Assembly: GCF_022045235.1 (NCBI RefSeq)
Contig: NW_027266270.1
Span: 9,362,001-9,426,000, forward strand
Direction of reading: 5' to 3'
From: Haliotis cracherodii
Taxonomy: Eukaryota
DNA: 64,000 bases
In this document: positions 48,904-62,258 of the stretch, piece after piece
Layout: each line of letters starts with the position of its first letter
Position numbering within the stretch: position 1 is the stretch's first letter
Position numbers and translations under genes: made by a program
Notes under the pieces: generated by a model
Database searches by the model: none
What the model was told of the DNA's origin: nothing
Seen by the model: the letters and a program-made list of their open reading frames with translations, nothing else

Positions 48904-50393
48904 TTACACCTGACAGCTGGAAAAGAGTACATTTGCAAAAATTAGAACCGCAGTAGAGAGTATTTTAATCATGTAATATTCGAAGGTTGTTTTTGGAGTC
49001 AAAATTTATCAATCACATTAAGAATCATTTGGGTCCTTGAAATGTTTCCCAAACGAAATCAATTAATTTTAGCATGCGTGTGGCCCAAGTGAGATCATGG
49101 CCAAGAGAACCTGAAGGAAAGTATGTTACATACCTGACAGATGAGCTTCTGTGCTGGTCGTTTGTGTTGGTAGGTCCAGGCTTGATGTCCAGAAGGGCTG
49201 GACCATGTCCCTGATTTTGACATCTCTGGACAAACTGCGTACAGGCCGTTTGTAGGTCGGTGAATCCAAATTCCACAGATGCACAGAGTAATCCTGAAAG
49301 ATCCGAGGACATATTGTAATGTGTTTGATCAAATATCATCAAAAGGGTGAAGTTCATATTATGGATAATTGTCTGTGTTTCGCTCATGTGTCATCAAGAT
49401 TAGTGGTATGGGGAAATTTTTGTGTTGAAATGAATATCCCATTTAAACAATTAAAGATAGTACTTACCAACCACATTGTTAAAATCGATGTTAGCTTTCC
49501 CTGAGTGGACGAATTTGAGGAACGCCCGAAAGTCTCCAATCTGGTAGTCAGGAATGCTGATGGTGAGTTTCTGTGCAAAGGCTGAGTCTTTGATCTTTTT
49601 GCTCTTTGATCGTTCCAAGGAGGAGTGTTTCTGATGTTGAAGCAAAAGCTGATATAGGTACCTAGAGAAAAGAAAGAAACAAGTTAAAGACGACATGCAT
49701 ACACAACTAGTAAATGGTCCAAATATTGTTCTCATGTTGAGTACATTCACAGAGTATAAGAGCCAAACAGGCTCTACTTAAACATGCACTTATTATTGTC
49801 CTGACCTTTGTAATGGATTTGATTGTTTTCGAGAATATCTTACCTGCTTCGTGTAGCCATTATGGCTTTGACTCCATGAACAGGAGCCTTCTCCTTCCCA
49901 ACGAGAAAGGTGACGTCACACATATCTGGCATGTTGAGGATGAGGGAGAGGCTGTCCTGTAAGTCCCCTGTGCTTCTAAGCATCATGACGTCTCCCCGAC
50001 CGGAGGACTGTGAGGGGTGAGTGCGGCCTTGTGATGGGTTGGAACTGGATTGGCTGAACGATCTTGATTTTGAGGTCGCGCTCACGCCTTCATCAGAGGA
50101 GTAGTCGCTTGAGTCATAGCCTGACGAGGTACCTTCAGCTGGAATAAGAAAAGAAATCAGTTATGAAACAATATTCAGTTTGTTGCAAATGTTATTAAAG
50201 CTGAGTGGTGTTTGATGAACAGAACGGGTAGTTGAAATATACTTTGAATAAAAACAACACCAATGAATTATTATCCTGATGTGATAAAAGTGAATAGTGC
50301 AAATGACTCACCGTCTGCGTCATGACCACTGTGGTCAATAGTTTCCATGGCCGAAGAGTCCAGAAGACAAAGTCGGGAATCGTAATGATTCAT
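48904..50393 (-). CDS. BTB/POZ gprs-like protein, copy 7; same +2 indel (247 aa), possibly a pseudogene
   Basis: Identical indel at 49182-49187. Confidence 0.65.
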
Positions 50394-52789
50394 GTTACTT
50401 GTTGTTAGATCTAATTAAGAATGAAAGACAGAACTGATATTTGGCTAAATTCGACGAATCTAAAGAGCTAAGTATGTACCTCGATGTAATGTTTCCAAGA
50501 GTGGAATGCCTTCTTCCTGTAACAGAACAGCTTTATACCTTTGCGTATCACAACACAAACGACAGGGTCATTACTACAACTACATGTCACGATTAATTCA
50601 ATGTTGACATGAAGGCTTCAGCTTAGCACATTTAGCTAGTGGCACGTGCTGCACTTGTGAATGAGATGACATCACGTGACCAATCTAGCCGTAAGTGTGC
50701 TACGGTAATGTCGTTTGTTGTCAAAACATCGACACAATATAATTAGGATGATAATGTGTTTCAGGTGTTTGATTATTTAAGGATTTACGATATCCGTGTT
50801 CATTTGCCGGTGTTAATTGGTATCTTGTTATAAAGCATCCATTTGTACACAAGTTAGATTTGATATGAGTGGAACTTTTATATGCTCGTGATGTAGATGT
50901 AGTTACAGAATGTTGGTGGAATTATACACTATATATCTGTATAAATATGTGAAACTTACTTGCACTTGAAATATAGATGTTTAGGGTTATAGTTTCCACT
51001 GACTAAAGACAGTCATTGTGATTTCCTTATTGATGTATAATTGAACTAAAATAGTTCTGTTATTGAACTGTGTATAAACATAACTGATAGTTTTTTGTTT
51101 CACTTTTCCTAAGTGCAAGTGTGACAACACAAAGTTAGAGTGTCAAATGTTGAAAGAGAGTGTTTTTATTTCTGGTGTGTGTATGTGACACCCTGCTGTT
51201 TCCTTACAATTTGTGTCAGCCAAAGTCAATTCACCGTGTCACTCTTCAGGCAAAGAGTTTGCTAAACTGAACTTTATTGTACTCGGGATTACTCGTGACA
51301 CATGACCACATGATTTGAAACTGAGCGGAGGCGCAACGATTTGTTGATTAGAGGGCTTGGCTATAGATGATATACTCAGCGATGTGTATTTGTTTAATCA
51401 TAATGGAATGTGTGATTGTACGGTTGCTGACAGACGTTGTAGACAGGCTAGTCAAGTGGTACATGTTTGCATTTGAATTGACTGGCAATAAAGGCAGTTT
51501 GAGGAACAAACTTGCAACATATAACTAGAACCTATGCGCTCACTGCTTCTGCACTTATATCCCATGCTGTATAGCTTGTAATGGATTGGCATCAACATAA
51601 GACATGGGCTTGTTTGCCAATCCAGTTGGATTTCAAGAAATAACTTTGTTTCAACTACTCTTAACTAAGCATTAACATCAAGCCTAATGAAGGCTTTAAC
51701 TTTCCACAATTTCTAATTATGGTTACATGCACGCTCACAAAAAATCTTTTGTGTTGTATTGTCTCATTCGAACAGTTGAAACATTAAAGTTCATTGCAAT
51801 TTACATGTGAGACATACATCACACCTAATTATATACAAATGAGCTAATGACATTAACATGCGTGTTCAAGTTCTTTTGATGAAGGAAGCTCTTTGCAGGT
51901 ACAATTGGCACCAATATGTTCTTTATTTATAAGATAAAATATGCAGTATGTCATGTAAATGTGGGAGGAAAGCCGATAATGGTGCACAACTTTGGTGAAA
52001 CCGATGTGCAGGGTTTATTGCTGGCAAACTGAGAATCATAATCAGAGCTGATCTAGATTCAAACCAACAACCACAGGATTCTGGGCCGTCGAAGGGACGC
52101 AAGTGTGCATTAAGAAATGCGGCGCTCTAGGCCACACTTGTTAACGATGAAACTGAACGGAAACATATTTTGTATTGTTGAAATATTTTATTTTCTGGAC
52201 AAATCGCAATTCAGATAAAATCGCAGTTCCTGTAATGCTCAGTGTAATCTATTATATGATAATACACGTTCTTGCAGGTATTGTATCTGTTTCATTGTTA
52301 CAACATGAGCAGTCACCTTGCAAGCAAGGTGAAAATGTTAAACTTAACCAGGTTCATATATTCTGCCAATATTGTTTAATGAACATAGTAATGCATAACT
52401 TGTGTCGCAATGTTTACACACAAGCACACTGACACTGACGAGTAACATTAGTACAATGACACTGTTAAGTACGTGTCGGTATGCTTTGTTCCTTCACATA
52501 AACAACAACGTACAATGTGCAAGTCAAGCATCATGTCTGACAATGCTATCGTCTTCACACAGAGAGTGTCTTGATGACTTTATCTTCGTCTTCGTCAACC
52601 CCAACCTTGTGACGCTCTAAACGTTATGGGACTGAGCGACAGTGACTTGTGTCTTCTTCTTGGCGTCGTCTTCGTCGTCTTGGACAACAGGCTTGCTGCT
52701 GTTGGTTCATCCTCTTGTTGGGAACTGTGAGTATAGTATGGATATTGATCCTACTGTTTGGAACCTTCTTGTAAGTTCGTTTGCGCTTT

Positions 52790-54285
52790 TCATCTGGTTA
52801 CACCTGACAGCTGGAAAAGAGTACATTTGCAAAAATTAGAACCGCAGTAGAGAGTATTTTAATCATGTAATATTCGAAGGTTGTTTTTGGAGTCAAAATT
52901 TATCAATCACATTAAGAATCATTTGGGTCCTTGAAATGTTTCCCAATCGAAATCAATTAATTTTAGCATGCGTGTGGCCCAAGTGAGATCATGGCCAAGA
53001 GAACCTGAAGGAAAGTATGTTACATACCTGACAGATGAGCTTCTGTGCTGGTCGTTTGTGTTGGTAGGTCCAGGCTAAATCCAGAAGGGCTGGACCATGT
53101 CCCTGATTTTGACATCTCTGGACAAACTGCGTACAGGCCGTTTGTAGGTCGGTGAATCCAAATTCCACAGATGCACAGAGTAATCCTGAAAGATCCGAGG
53201 ACATATTGTAATGTGTTTGATCAAATATCATCAAAAGGGTGAAGTTCATATTATGGATAATTGTCTGTGTTTCGCTCATGTGTCATCAAGATTAGTGGTA
53301 TGGGGAAATTTTTGTGTTGAAATGAATATCCCATTTAAACAATTAAAGATAGTACTTACCAACCACATTGTTAAAATCGATGTTAGCTTTCCCTGAGTGG
53401 ACGAATTTGAGGAACGCCCGAAAGTCTCCAATCTGGTAGTCAGGAATGCTGATGGTGAGTTTCTGTGCAAAGGCTGAGTCTTTGATCTTTTTGCTCTTTG
53501 ATCGTTCCAAGGAGGAGTGTTTCTGATGTTGAAGCAAAAGCTGATATAGGTACCTAGAGAAAAGAAAGAAACAAGTTAAAGACGACATGCATACACAACT
53601 AGTAAATGGTCCAAATATTGTTCTCATGTTGAGTACATTCACAGAGTATTAGAGCCAAACAGGCTCTACTTAAACATGCACTTATTATTGTCCTGACCTT
53701 TGTAATGGATTTGATTGTTTTCGAGAATATCTTACCTGCTTCGTGTAGCCATTATGGCTTTGACTCCATGAACAGGAGCCTTCTCCTTCCCAACGAGAAA
53801 GGTGACGTCACACATATCTGGCATGTTGAGGATGAGGGAGAGGCTGTCCTGTAAGTCCCCTGTGCTTCTAAGCATCATGACGTCTCCCCGACCGGAGGAC
53901 TGTGAGGGGTGAGTGCGGCCTTGTGATGGGTTGGAACTGGATTGGCTGAACGATCTTGATTTTGAGGTCGCGCTCACGCCTTCATCAGAGGAGTAGTCGC
54001 TTGAGTCATAGCCTGACGAGGTACCTTCAGCTGGAATAAGAAAAGAAATCAGTTATGAAACAATATTCAGTTTGTTGCAAATGTTATTAAAGCTGAGTGG
54101 TGTTTGATGAACAGAACGGGTAGTTGAAATATACTTTGAATAAAAACAACACCAATGAATTATTATCCTGATGTGATAAAAGTGAATAGTGCAAATGACT
54201 CACCGTCTGCGTCATGACCACTGTGGTCAATAGTTTCCATGGCCGAAGAGTCCAGAAGACAAAGTCGGGAATCGTAATGATTCAT
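52790..54285 (-). CDS. BTB/POZ gprs-like protein, copy 8 (249 aa)
   Basis: Same structure, reference frame. Confidence 0.85.
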
Positions 54286-56682
54286 GTTACTTGTTGTTAG
54301 ATCTAATTAAGAATGAAAGACAGAACTGATATTTGGCTAAATTCGACGAATCTAAAGAGCTAAGTATGTACCTCGATGTAATGTTTCCAAGAGTGGAATG
54401 CCTTCTTCCTGTAACAGAACAGCTTTATACCTTTGCGTATCACAACACAAACGACAGGGTCATTACTACAACTACATGTCACGATTAATTCAATGTTGAC
54501 ATTAAGGCTTTTGCTTAGCACATTTAGCTAGTGGCACGTGCTGCACTTGTGAATGAGATGACATCACGTGACCAATCTAGCCGTAAGTGTGCTACGGTAA
54601 TGTCGTTTGTTGTCAAAACATCGACACAATATAATTAGGATGATAATGTGTTTCAGGTGTTTGATTATTTAAGGATTTACGATATCCGTGTTCATTTGCC
54701 GGTGTTAATTGGTATCTTGTTATAAAGCATCCATTTGTACACAAGTTAGATTTGATATGAGTGGAACTTTTATATGCTCGTGATGTAGATGTAGTTACAG
54801 AATGTTGGTGGAATTATACACTATATATCTGTATAAATATGTGAAACTTACTTGCACTTGAAATATAGATGTTTAGGGTTATAGTTTCCACTGACTAAAG
54901 ACAGTCATTGTGATTTCCTTATTGATGTATAATTGAACTAAAATAGTTCTGTTATTGAACTGTGTATAAACATAACTGATAGTTTTTTGTTTCACTTTTC
55001 CTAAGTGCAAGTGTGACAACACAAAGTTAGAGTGTCAAATGTTGAAAGAGAGTGTTTTTATTTCTGGTGTGTGTATATGACACCCTGCTGTTTCCTTACA
55101 ATTTGTGTCAGCCAAAGTCAATTCACCGTGTCACTCTTCAGGCAAAGAGTTTGCTAAACTGAACTTTATTGTACTCGGGATTACTCGTGACACATGACCA
55201 CATGATTTGAAACTGAGCGGAGGCGCAACGATTTGTTGATTAGAGGGCTTGGCTATAGATGATATACTCAGCGATGTGTATTTGTTTAATCATAATGGAA
55301 TGTGTGATTGTACGGTTGCTGACAGACGTTGTAGACAGGCTAGTCAAGTGGTACATGTTTGCATTTGAATTGACTGGCAATAAAGGCAGTTTGAGGAACA
55401 AACTTGCAACATATAACTAGAACCTATGCGCTCACTGCTTCTGCACTTATATCCCATGCTGTATAGCTTGTAATGGATTGGCATCAACATAAGACATGGG
55501 CTTGTTTGCCAATCCAGTTGGATTTCAAGAAATAACTTTGTTTCAACTACTCTTAACTAAGCATTAACATCAAGCCTAATGAAGGCTTTAACTTTCCACA
55601 ATTTCTAATTATGGTTACATGCACGCTCACAAAAAAATCTTTTGTGTTGTATTGTCTCATTCGAACAGTTGAAACATTAAAGTTCATTGCAATTTACATG
55701 TGAGACATACATCACACCTAATTATATACAAATGAGCTAATGACATTAACATGCGTGTTCAAGTTCTTTTGATGAAGGAAGCTCTTTGCAGGTACAATTG
55801 GCACCAATATGTTCTTTATTTATAAGATAAAATATGCAGTATGTCATGTAAATGTGAGAGGAAAGCCGATAATGGTGCACAACTTTGGTGAAACCGATGT
55901 GCAGGGTTTATTGCTGGCAAACTGAGAATCATAATCAGAGCTGATCTAGATTCAAACCAACAACCACAGGATTCTGGGCCGTCGAAGGTACGCAAGTGTG
56001 CATTAAGAAATGCGGCGCTCTAGGCCACACTTGTTAACGATGAAACTGAACGGAAACATATTTTGTATTGTTGAAATATTTTATTTTCTGGACAAATCGC
56101 AATTCAGATAAAATCGCAGTTCCTGTAATGCTCAGTGTAATCTATTATATGATAATACACGTTCTTGCAGGTATTGTATCTGTTTCATTGTTACAACATG
56201 AGCGGTCACCTTGCAAGCAAGGTGAAAATGTTAAACTTAACCAGGTTCATATATTCTGCCAATATTGTTTAATGAACATAGTAATGCATAACTTGTGTCG
56301 CAATGTTTACACACAAGCACACTGACACTGACGAGTAACATTAGTACAATGACACTGTTAAGTACGTGTCGGTATGCTTTGTTCCTTCACATAAACAACA
56401 ACGTACAATGTGCAAGTCAAGCATCATGTCTGACAATGCTATCGTCTTCACACAGAGAGTGTCTTGATGACTTTATCTTCGTCTTCGTCAACCCCAACCT
56501 TGTGACGCTCTAAACGTTATGGGACTGAGCGACAGTGACTTGTGTCTTCTTCTTGGCGTCGTCTTCGTCGTCTTGGACAACAGGCTTGCTGCTGTTGGTT
56601 CATCCTCTTGTTGGGAACTGTGAGTATAGTATGGATATTGATCCTACTGTTTGGAACCTTCTTGTAAGTTCGTTTGCGCTTT

Positions 56683-58178
56683 TCATCTGGTTACACCTGA
56701 CAGCTGGAAAAGAGTACATTTGCAAAAATTAGAACCGCAGTAGAGAGTATTTTAATCATGTAATATTCGAAGGTTGTTTTTGGAGTCAAAATTTATCAAT
56801 CACATTAAGAATCATTTGGGTCCTTGAAATGTTTCCCAAACGAAATCAATTAATTTTAGCATGCGTGTGGCCCAAGTGAGATCATGGCCAAGAGAACCTG
56901 AAGGAAAGTATGTTACATACCTGACAGATGAGCTTCTGTGCTGGCCGTTTGTGTTGGTAGGTCCAGGCTAAATCCAGAAGGGCTGGACCATGTCCCTGAT
57001 TTTGACATCTCTGGACAAACTGCGTACAGGCCGTTTGTAGGTCGGTGAATCCAAATTCCACAGATGCACAGAGTAATCCTGAAAGATCCGAGGACATATT
57101 GTAATGTGTTTGATCAAATATCATCAAAAGGGTGAAGTTCATATTATGGATAATTGTCTGTGTTTCGCTCATGTGTCATCAAGATTAGTGGTATGGGGAA
57201 ATTTTTGTGTTGAAATGAATATCCCATTTAAACAATTAAAGATAGTACTTACCAACCACATTGTTAAAATCGATGTTAGCTTTCCCTGAGTGGACGAATT
57301 TGAGGAACGCCCGAAAGTCTCCAATCTGGTAGTCAGGAATGCTGATGGTGAGTTTCTGTGCAAAGGCTGAGTCTTTGATCTTTTTGCTCTTTGATCGTTC
57401 CAAGGAGGAGTGTTTCTGATGTTGAAGCAAAAGCTGATATAGGTACCTAGAGAAAAGAAAGAAACAAGTTAAAGACGACATGCATACACAACTAGTAAAT
57501 GGTCCAAATATTGTTCTCATGTTGAGTACATTCACAGAGTATAAGAGCCAAACAGGCTCTACTTAAACATGCACTTATTATTGTCCTGACCTTTGTAATG
57601 GATTTGATTGTTTTCGAGAATATCTTACCTGCTTCGTGTAGCCATTATGGCTTTGACTCCATGAACAGGAGCCTTCTCCTTCCCAACGAGAAAGGTGACG
57701 TCACACATATCTGGCATGTTGAGGATGAGGGAGAGGCTGTCCTGTAAGTCCCCTGTGCTTCTAAGCATCATGACGTCTCCCCGACCGGAGGACTGTGTGG
57801 GGTGAGTGCGGCCTTGTGATGGGTTGGAACTGGATTGGCTGAACGATCTTGATTTTGAGGTCGCGCTCACGCCTTCATCAGAGGAGTAGTCGCTTGAGTC
57901 ATAGCCTGAAGAGGTACCTTCAGCTGGAATAAGAAAAGAAATCAGTTATGAAACAATATTCAGTTTGTTGCAAATGTTATTAAAGCTGAGTGGTGTTTGA
58001 TGAACAGAACGGGTAGTTGAAATATACTTTGAATAAAAACAACACCAATGAATTATTATCCTGATGTGATAAAAGTGAATAGTGCAAATGACTCACCGTC
58101 TGCGTCATGACCACTGTGGTCAATAGTTTCCATGGCCGAAGAGTCCAGAAGACAAAGTCGGGAATCGTAATGATTCAT
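56683..58178 (-). CDS. BTB/POZ gprs-like protein, copy 9 (249 aa)
   Basis: Same structure, reference frame. Confidence 0.85.
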
Positions 58179-59499
58179 GTTACTTGTTGTTAGATCTAAT
58201 TAAGAATGAAAGACAGAACTGATATTTGGCTAAATTCGACGAATCTAAAGAGCTAAGTATGTACCTCGATGTAATGTTTCCAAGAGTGGAATGCCTTCTT
58301 CCTGTAACAGAACAGCTTTATACCTTTGCGTATCACAACACAAACGACAGGGTCATTACTACAACTACATGTCACGATTAATTCAATGTTGACATGAAGG
58401 CTTTTGCTTAGCACATTTAGCTAGTGGCACGTGCTGCACTTGTGAATGAGATGACATCACGTGACCAATCTAAGAATAAGTGTGCTACGGTAATGTCGTC
58501 TGTTGTCAAAACACCGAGGTAATAGAGTTTGGGTGATGATGTGTTTCGGGTGTTTGATTATTTAAGGATTTACGATATACGTGTTCATTTGTCGGTGATA
58601 AATGGTATTATGTTATTAAGGATCCATTTGGAGTCAAGTTATGTTTAATGCGAGTGGAACTTTTAGATGCTGATGATGTAAATGTAGTAACGATATGTTG
58701 ATGGAATTATACATTATCTACCTGTATACGTACGTGAATTATTTGCACTTGAAATATAGATGCTAGGGTTACAGTTTCCACTCACTGAAAACAGCCATTG
58801 TGATTTCCTTATTGAAATAAAATTAAACTAAAATAGTTCTGTTATTGAACAGTGTATAAATATATAACTGATCTTTTTTGTTTCAATTTTTTCAAGTGCA
58901 AGTGTGATATGACAACAAAGTTAGAGTGTCAAATGATTTTTTATTGTTCGTGTGTGCAAATGACACCCTGCTATTTCAATAAAATTTGTGTCAGCCAAAG
59001 TCATTTCATCGTGTCATTCGTCAAACAAACAGTTTGCTGAACTGAACTTTATTGTACTCCGGATTACTCGTGACACATAACCACATCATTTGGGATTGAG
59101 CGGAGGCGCAGCGATTTGTTGAGTTGAGGGCTTGGCTATAGATGATATGCACAATGAGGAGTATTGTTTAATCATTAATTGAATGTGTGATTGTACGATT
59201 GCTGATAGATGTTGTAGACAAGCTAGTCAAGTGGTACATGTTTTTTTTAAAAATTGATTGGCAATCAAGGCGCTTTGATGAACAATCTTCCAACGTGTCA
59301 CATATAACTAGAACCTTTGAAAACACAAAGACCACGTGCACATTATCAGGAAATGGCACATGAGACTTGTAGTGATGACATTATTGATACACATGGTCCG
59401 CTCTGACTTCCGAAAAGCCAGAGACAGTTGCCAGTGACATGAAATGGTTCTGAGACAATAATGTCAATACATGTTTCCTTTGTTATTTCCAGCATTTGC

Positions 59500-59700
59500 T
59501 ATAATAGATTCTGCCACGCAATGCATTCGCGACTACGATTAGCTTGTAGTGATCTCAGCTTACACAAAGCTCATAGAATGATTTCAAATAAGTCATCCTG
59601 CTCTTGTGGCGCTACTTGCGAAACTACAACTCATTATTTATTTGGATGTCAATATTAGTACACACATAGAAATAATATGTTTGTTATCCAATACGATACG
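59500..59700 (+). mobile_element. Non-LTR retrotransposon 3' fragment (CR1/L2-group-like C-terminal zinc-finger region)
   Basis: HSRLRLACSDL...CSCGATCETTTHYLFGCQY matches the CxC..E..HY..C motif at LINE ORF2 ends. Confidence 0.6.
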
Positions 59701-61117
59701 ATCTTGTGACCGTAAGATCCTAAGTGGAATATGGAAATGTTGCAAAAATCGGTAAGTAAAAGGGTAGATTTCATTCAGTTTGTGCATCGTTACATCTGTC
59801 ACATTAAATGAAGCAATTAGGGTTCATTGTTCAAACACATACTAGTATCTTATAAGCAAAACCTTCCATTGTTGAGTCGTGTTATTGAATTAACATCTGA
59901 ATGCCAGGCTATATGTGCTTCCTATGAAATCACAGCTCATACACTGATGTCCCGTGAAGAATAGCTTGTAATGGATTGGCATCAACATAAGACTTGGGCT
60001 TGTTTTCCAATCCATTTTGATTTCAAGCAATAATTTTGTTTCAACCATTCTCAAATAATCATTTACGTAAAGCCTAAGAAAAGCTTCAACTTTCCACACT
60101 TTCTAATTATGGTTACATGCACTCTCAGAAAAAAAACCTCTTTAGTGTTGTATTGTCTCAGACGTACGTTTGAAATATCAAAGATCATTAAAATTTACAT
60201 GTGCAACATACGTTACACCTAATTATATACAAATGAGCTAATGACATTAACATGCGTGTTCAAGTTCTTTTTACCAAGAAAGCTCTTTGCAGATACAGTT
60301 GACAACAATGTGTCCTTTATTAATGAGATAAAATATGCAGTATTTCAGCTAAATATGGAAGGAAAGCCGCAAATGGCGTACAACTTCTAAATCTAGATTC
60401 AAACCAACAAACACTGGATTCAGGACGCAACTGTGCATACAGAAATGCGGTGGTCGAGGCCACACATGTCAACAATGAAAATGAACGGATATGTATTTGG
60501 TATTTTTGTAACATTTTATTTTCTAAAAAAAATCGTAAATCTGATTAAATCGCAGTTCCTGTAATGCTCAGTTGAAATAATATATGATAATACATGTTCT
60601 TGAATGTATTGTATCTGTTCATTGTTACAACATAAACTGTCACCATGCAAGCAATGTGGAAATGTAAAACTTAAACAGGTTCATATTTTCTGCCAATACT
60701 GTTTAATGAACATAGTAATACATAACATGTGTCGCTATTTTTATACATTCACACTGACACTGGCAAGGAACATAAGTACGATGACACTGTTAAGTACTTG
60801 TCGGTATGCTTTGTTCCTTCACATTAACAACAACGTACAATGTGCAAGTCAAGAATCATGTTTGACAATGCTAGTGTCTTCACACACAGAGTGTCTTGGT
60901 GACTTTATCTTCGTCTTCGTCAACCACAGCTTTGTGACGCTCTAAACGTTATGGGACTGAGCGACAGTGACTGGTGTCTTCTTCTTCATTTCGTCGTCTT
61001 CGTCATCTTGAACAACAGGCTTGCTGCTGTTGGTTCATCCTCTCGTTGGGAACAGAGAATGTAGTATGGATATTGATCCTACTGTTGGGAACCTTCATGT
61101 AAGCTCGGTTGCGGTTT

Positions 61118-61795
61118 TCATCTGGTTACACACGACAGCTGGAAAAGAGTAAAGTATCCAAAATTAGAACAGCAATAAAGACTATTTGATCATCTAATAT
61201 TCGAGAAGTTCTTTGCAGTCTATATTTATCAATCCCTTAAAAATCATTCGGTTCCTTGAAATGTTCCTCAACCAAATCAATTACATATACGTTTATCATG
61301 CGTGTGGCCCAAGTGTGGTCAATGCCAAGAGCATCTCAAGCTACATACCTGGCAGATGAGTTTCTGTGCTGGTCGTTTATGTTGGTAGGTCCAGGCTAAA
61401 TCCAGAAGGGCTAGACCATGTCCCTGACTTTGACATCTCTGGATAAACTGCATACAGGCCGTTCGTAGGTCGGAGAATCCAAATTCCACAGATGCACAGA
61501 GTAATCCTGAAAGAACCGAGGACATATTGTAATGTGTTTGATAAAATATTATCATGAGTAGTCAGGAATGGTGATGGTGAGTTTCTGTGAAAAGGGTGAG
61601 TCTTTGATCTTTTTGGTCTTGGGTCGCTCAACGGAGGACTGTTTCTGATGTTGAAGCAAAAGCTGATACATGTACCTAGAGAAAAGAAAGAAAAAATTGA
61701 AGACGATATTTAAACACAAACAGTCCAAAAAATGTTCCCATGTTGAGTACATTCACAGGGTATAAGAGCCAAATGTACTCTACTTAAACATTTAC
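61118..61795 (-). pseudogene. Diverged BTB gene copy 10: exon 5 (61138-61118), exon 4 (61506-61349) and partial exon 3 (from 61675)
   Basis: A ~200-bp deletion at ~61556 removes the 3' part of exon 3 and its donor site. Intron 2 is interrupted by a retrotransposon. Exon 5 reads LSCVTR*. Confidence 0.85.
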
Positions 61796-62258
61796 ATTTA
61801 GTACTAACTACTAAATGACTTTATCGCGCGTATCCAAACCATGGGCTAATTACGTCTGTAACCCAATCACCCCTCGTAACTCAATCACCCCGGGCCACCA
61901 CTCGGCACCGTGCCCGGGGAATAATCCCGCGCAAGCATCATCCCGCCCTTTGTTAGTCCGTCATTCGCGAGCAGCCCTTCCCCAAGTACACACGTGTGTC
62001 ACTGTATCTAATCGCTTTCCCATTTTATGTTTCCTTTGTACCCAGTCGCGAACGTTTCGCCGATTACGCTTTGAATACCATCTATTCCAACACTCGCCGT
62101 ATCGCATTTACACAATCGCGACCGTTTCGCCGATTACGCTTTGAATACCATCTATTTCAGCACTCGCCGTATCGCATTTATTCCGCTCTACTCCCGAACT
62201 TCACCCTCGGGACAATTTACGCTTGTGGAATACCAACTCACCACCCCGACTTTTCGTG

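Larger units (their letters stand above)
24967..61795. repeat. Tandem array of a ~3.89-kb gene-containing unit (9 near-identical copies plus a diverged partial tenth)
   Basis: The exon-2 ORF recurs at 26501, 30374, 34267, 38159, 42051, 45946, 49840, 53732 and 57625 (spacing 3873-3895 bp). Sequence diverges abruptly after ~58472. Confidence 0.97.

Noticed and set aside
24967-58472. The array as a pure assembly artefact
   Set aside because: Units carry distinct, patterned SNPs and indels and there are no gaps inside. The exact copy number still needs long-read confirmation.
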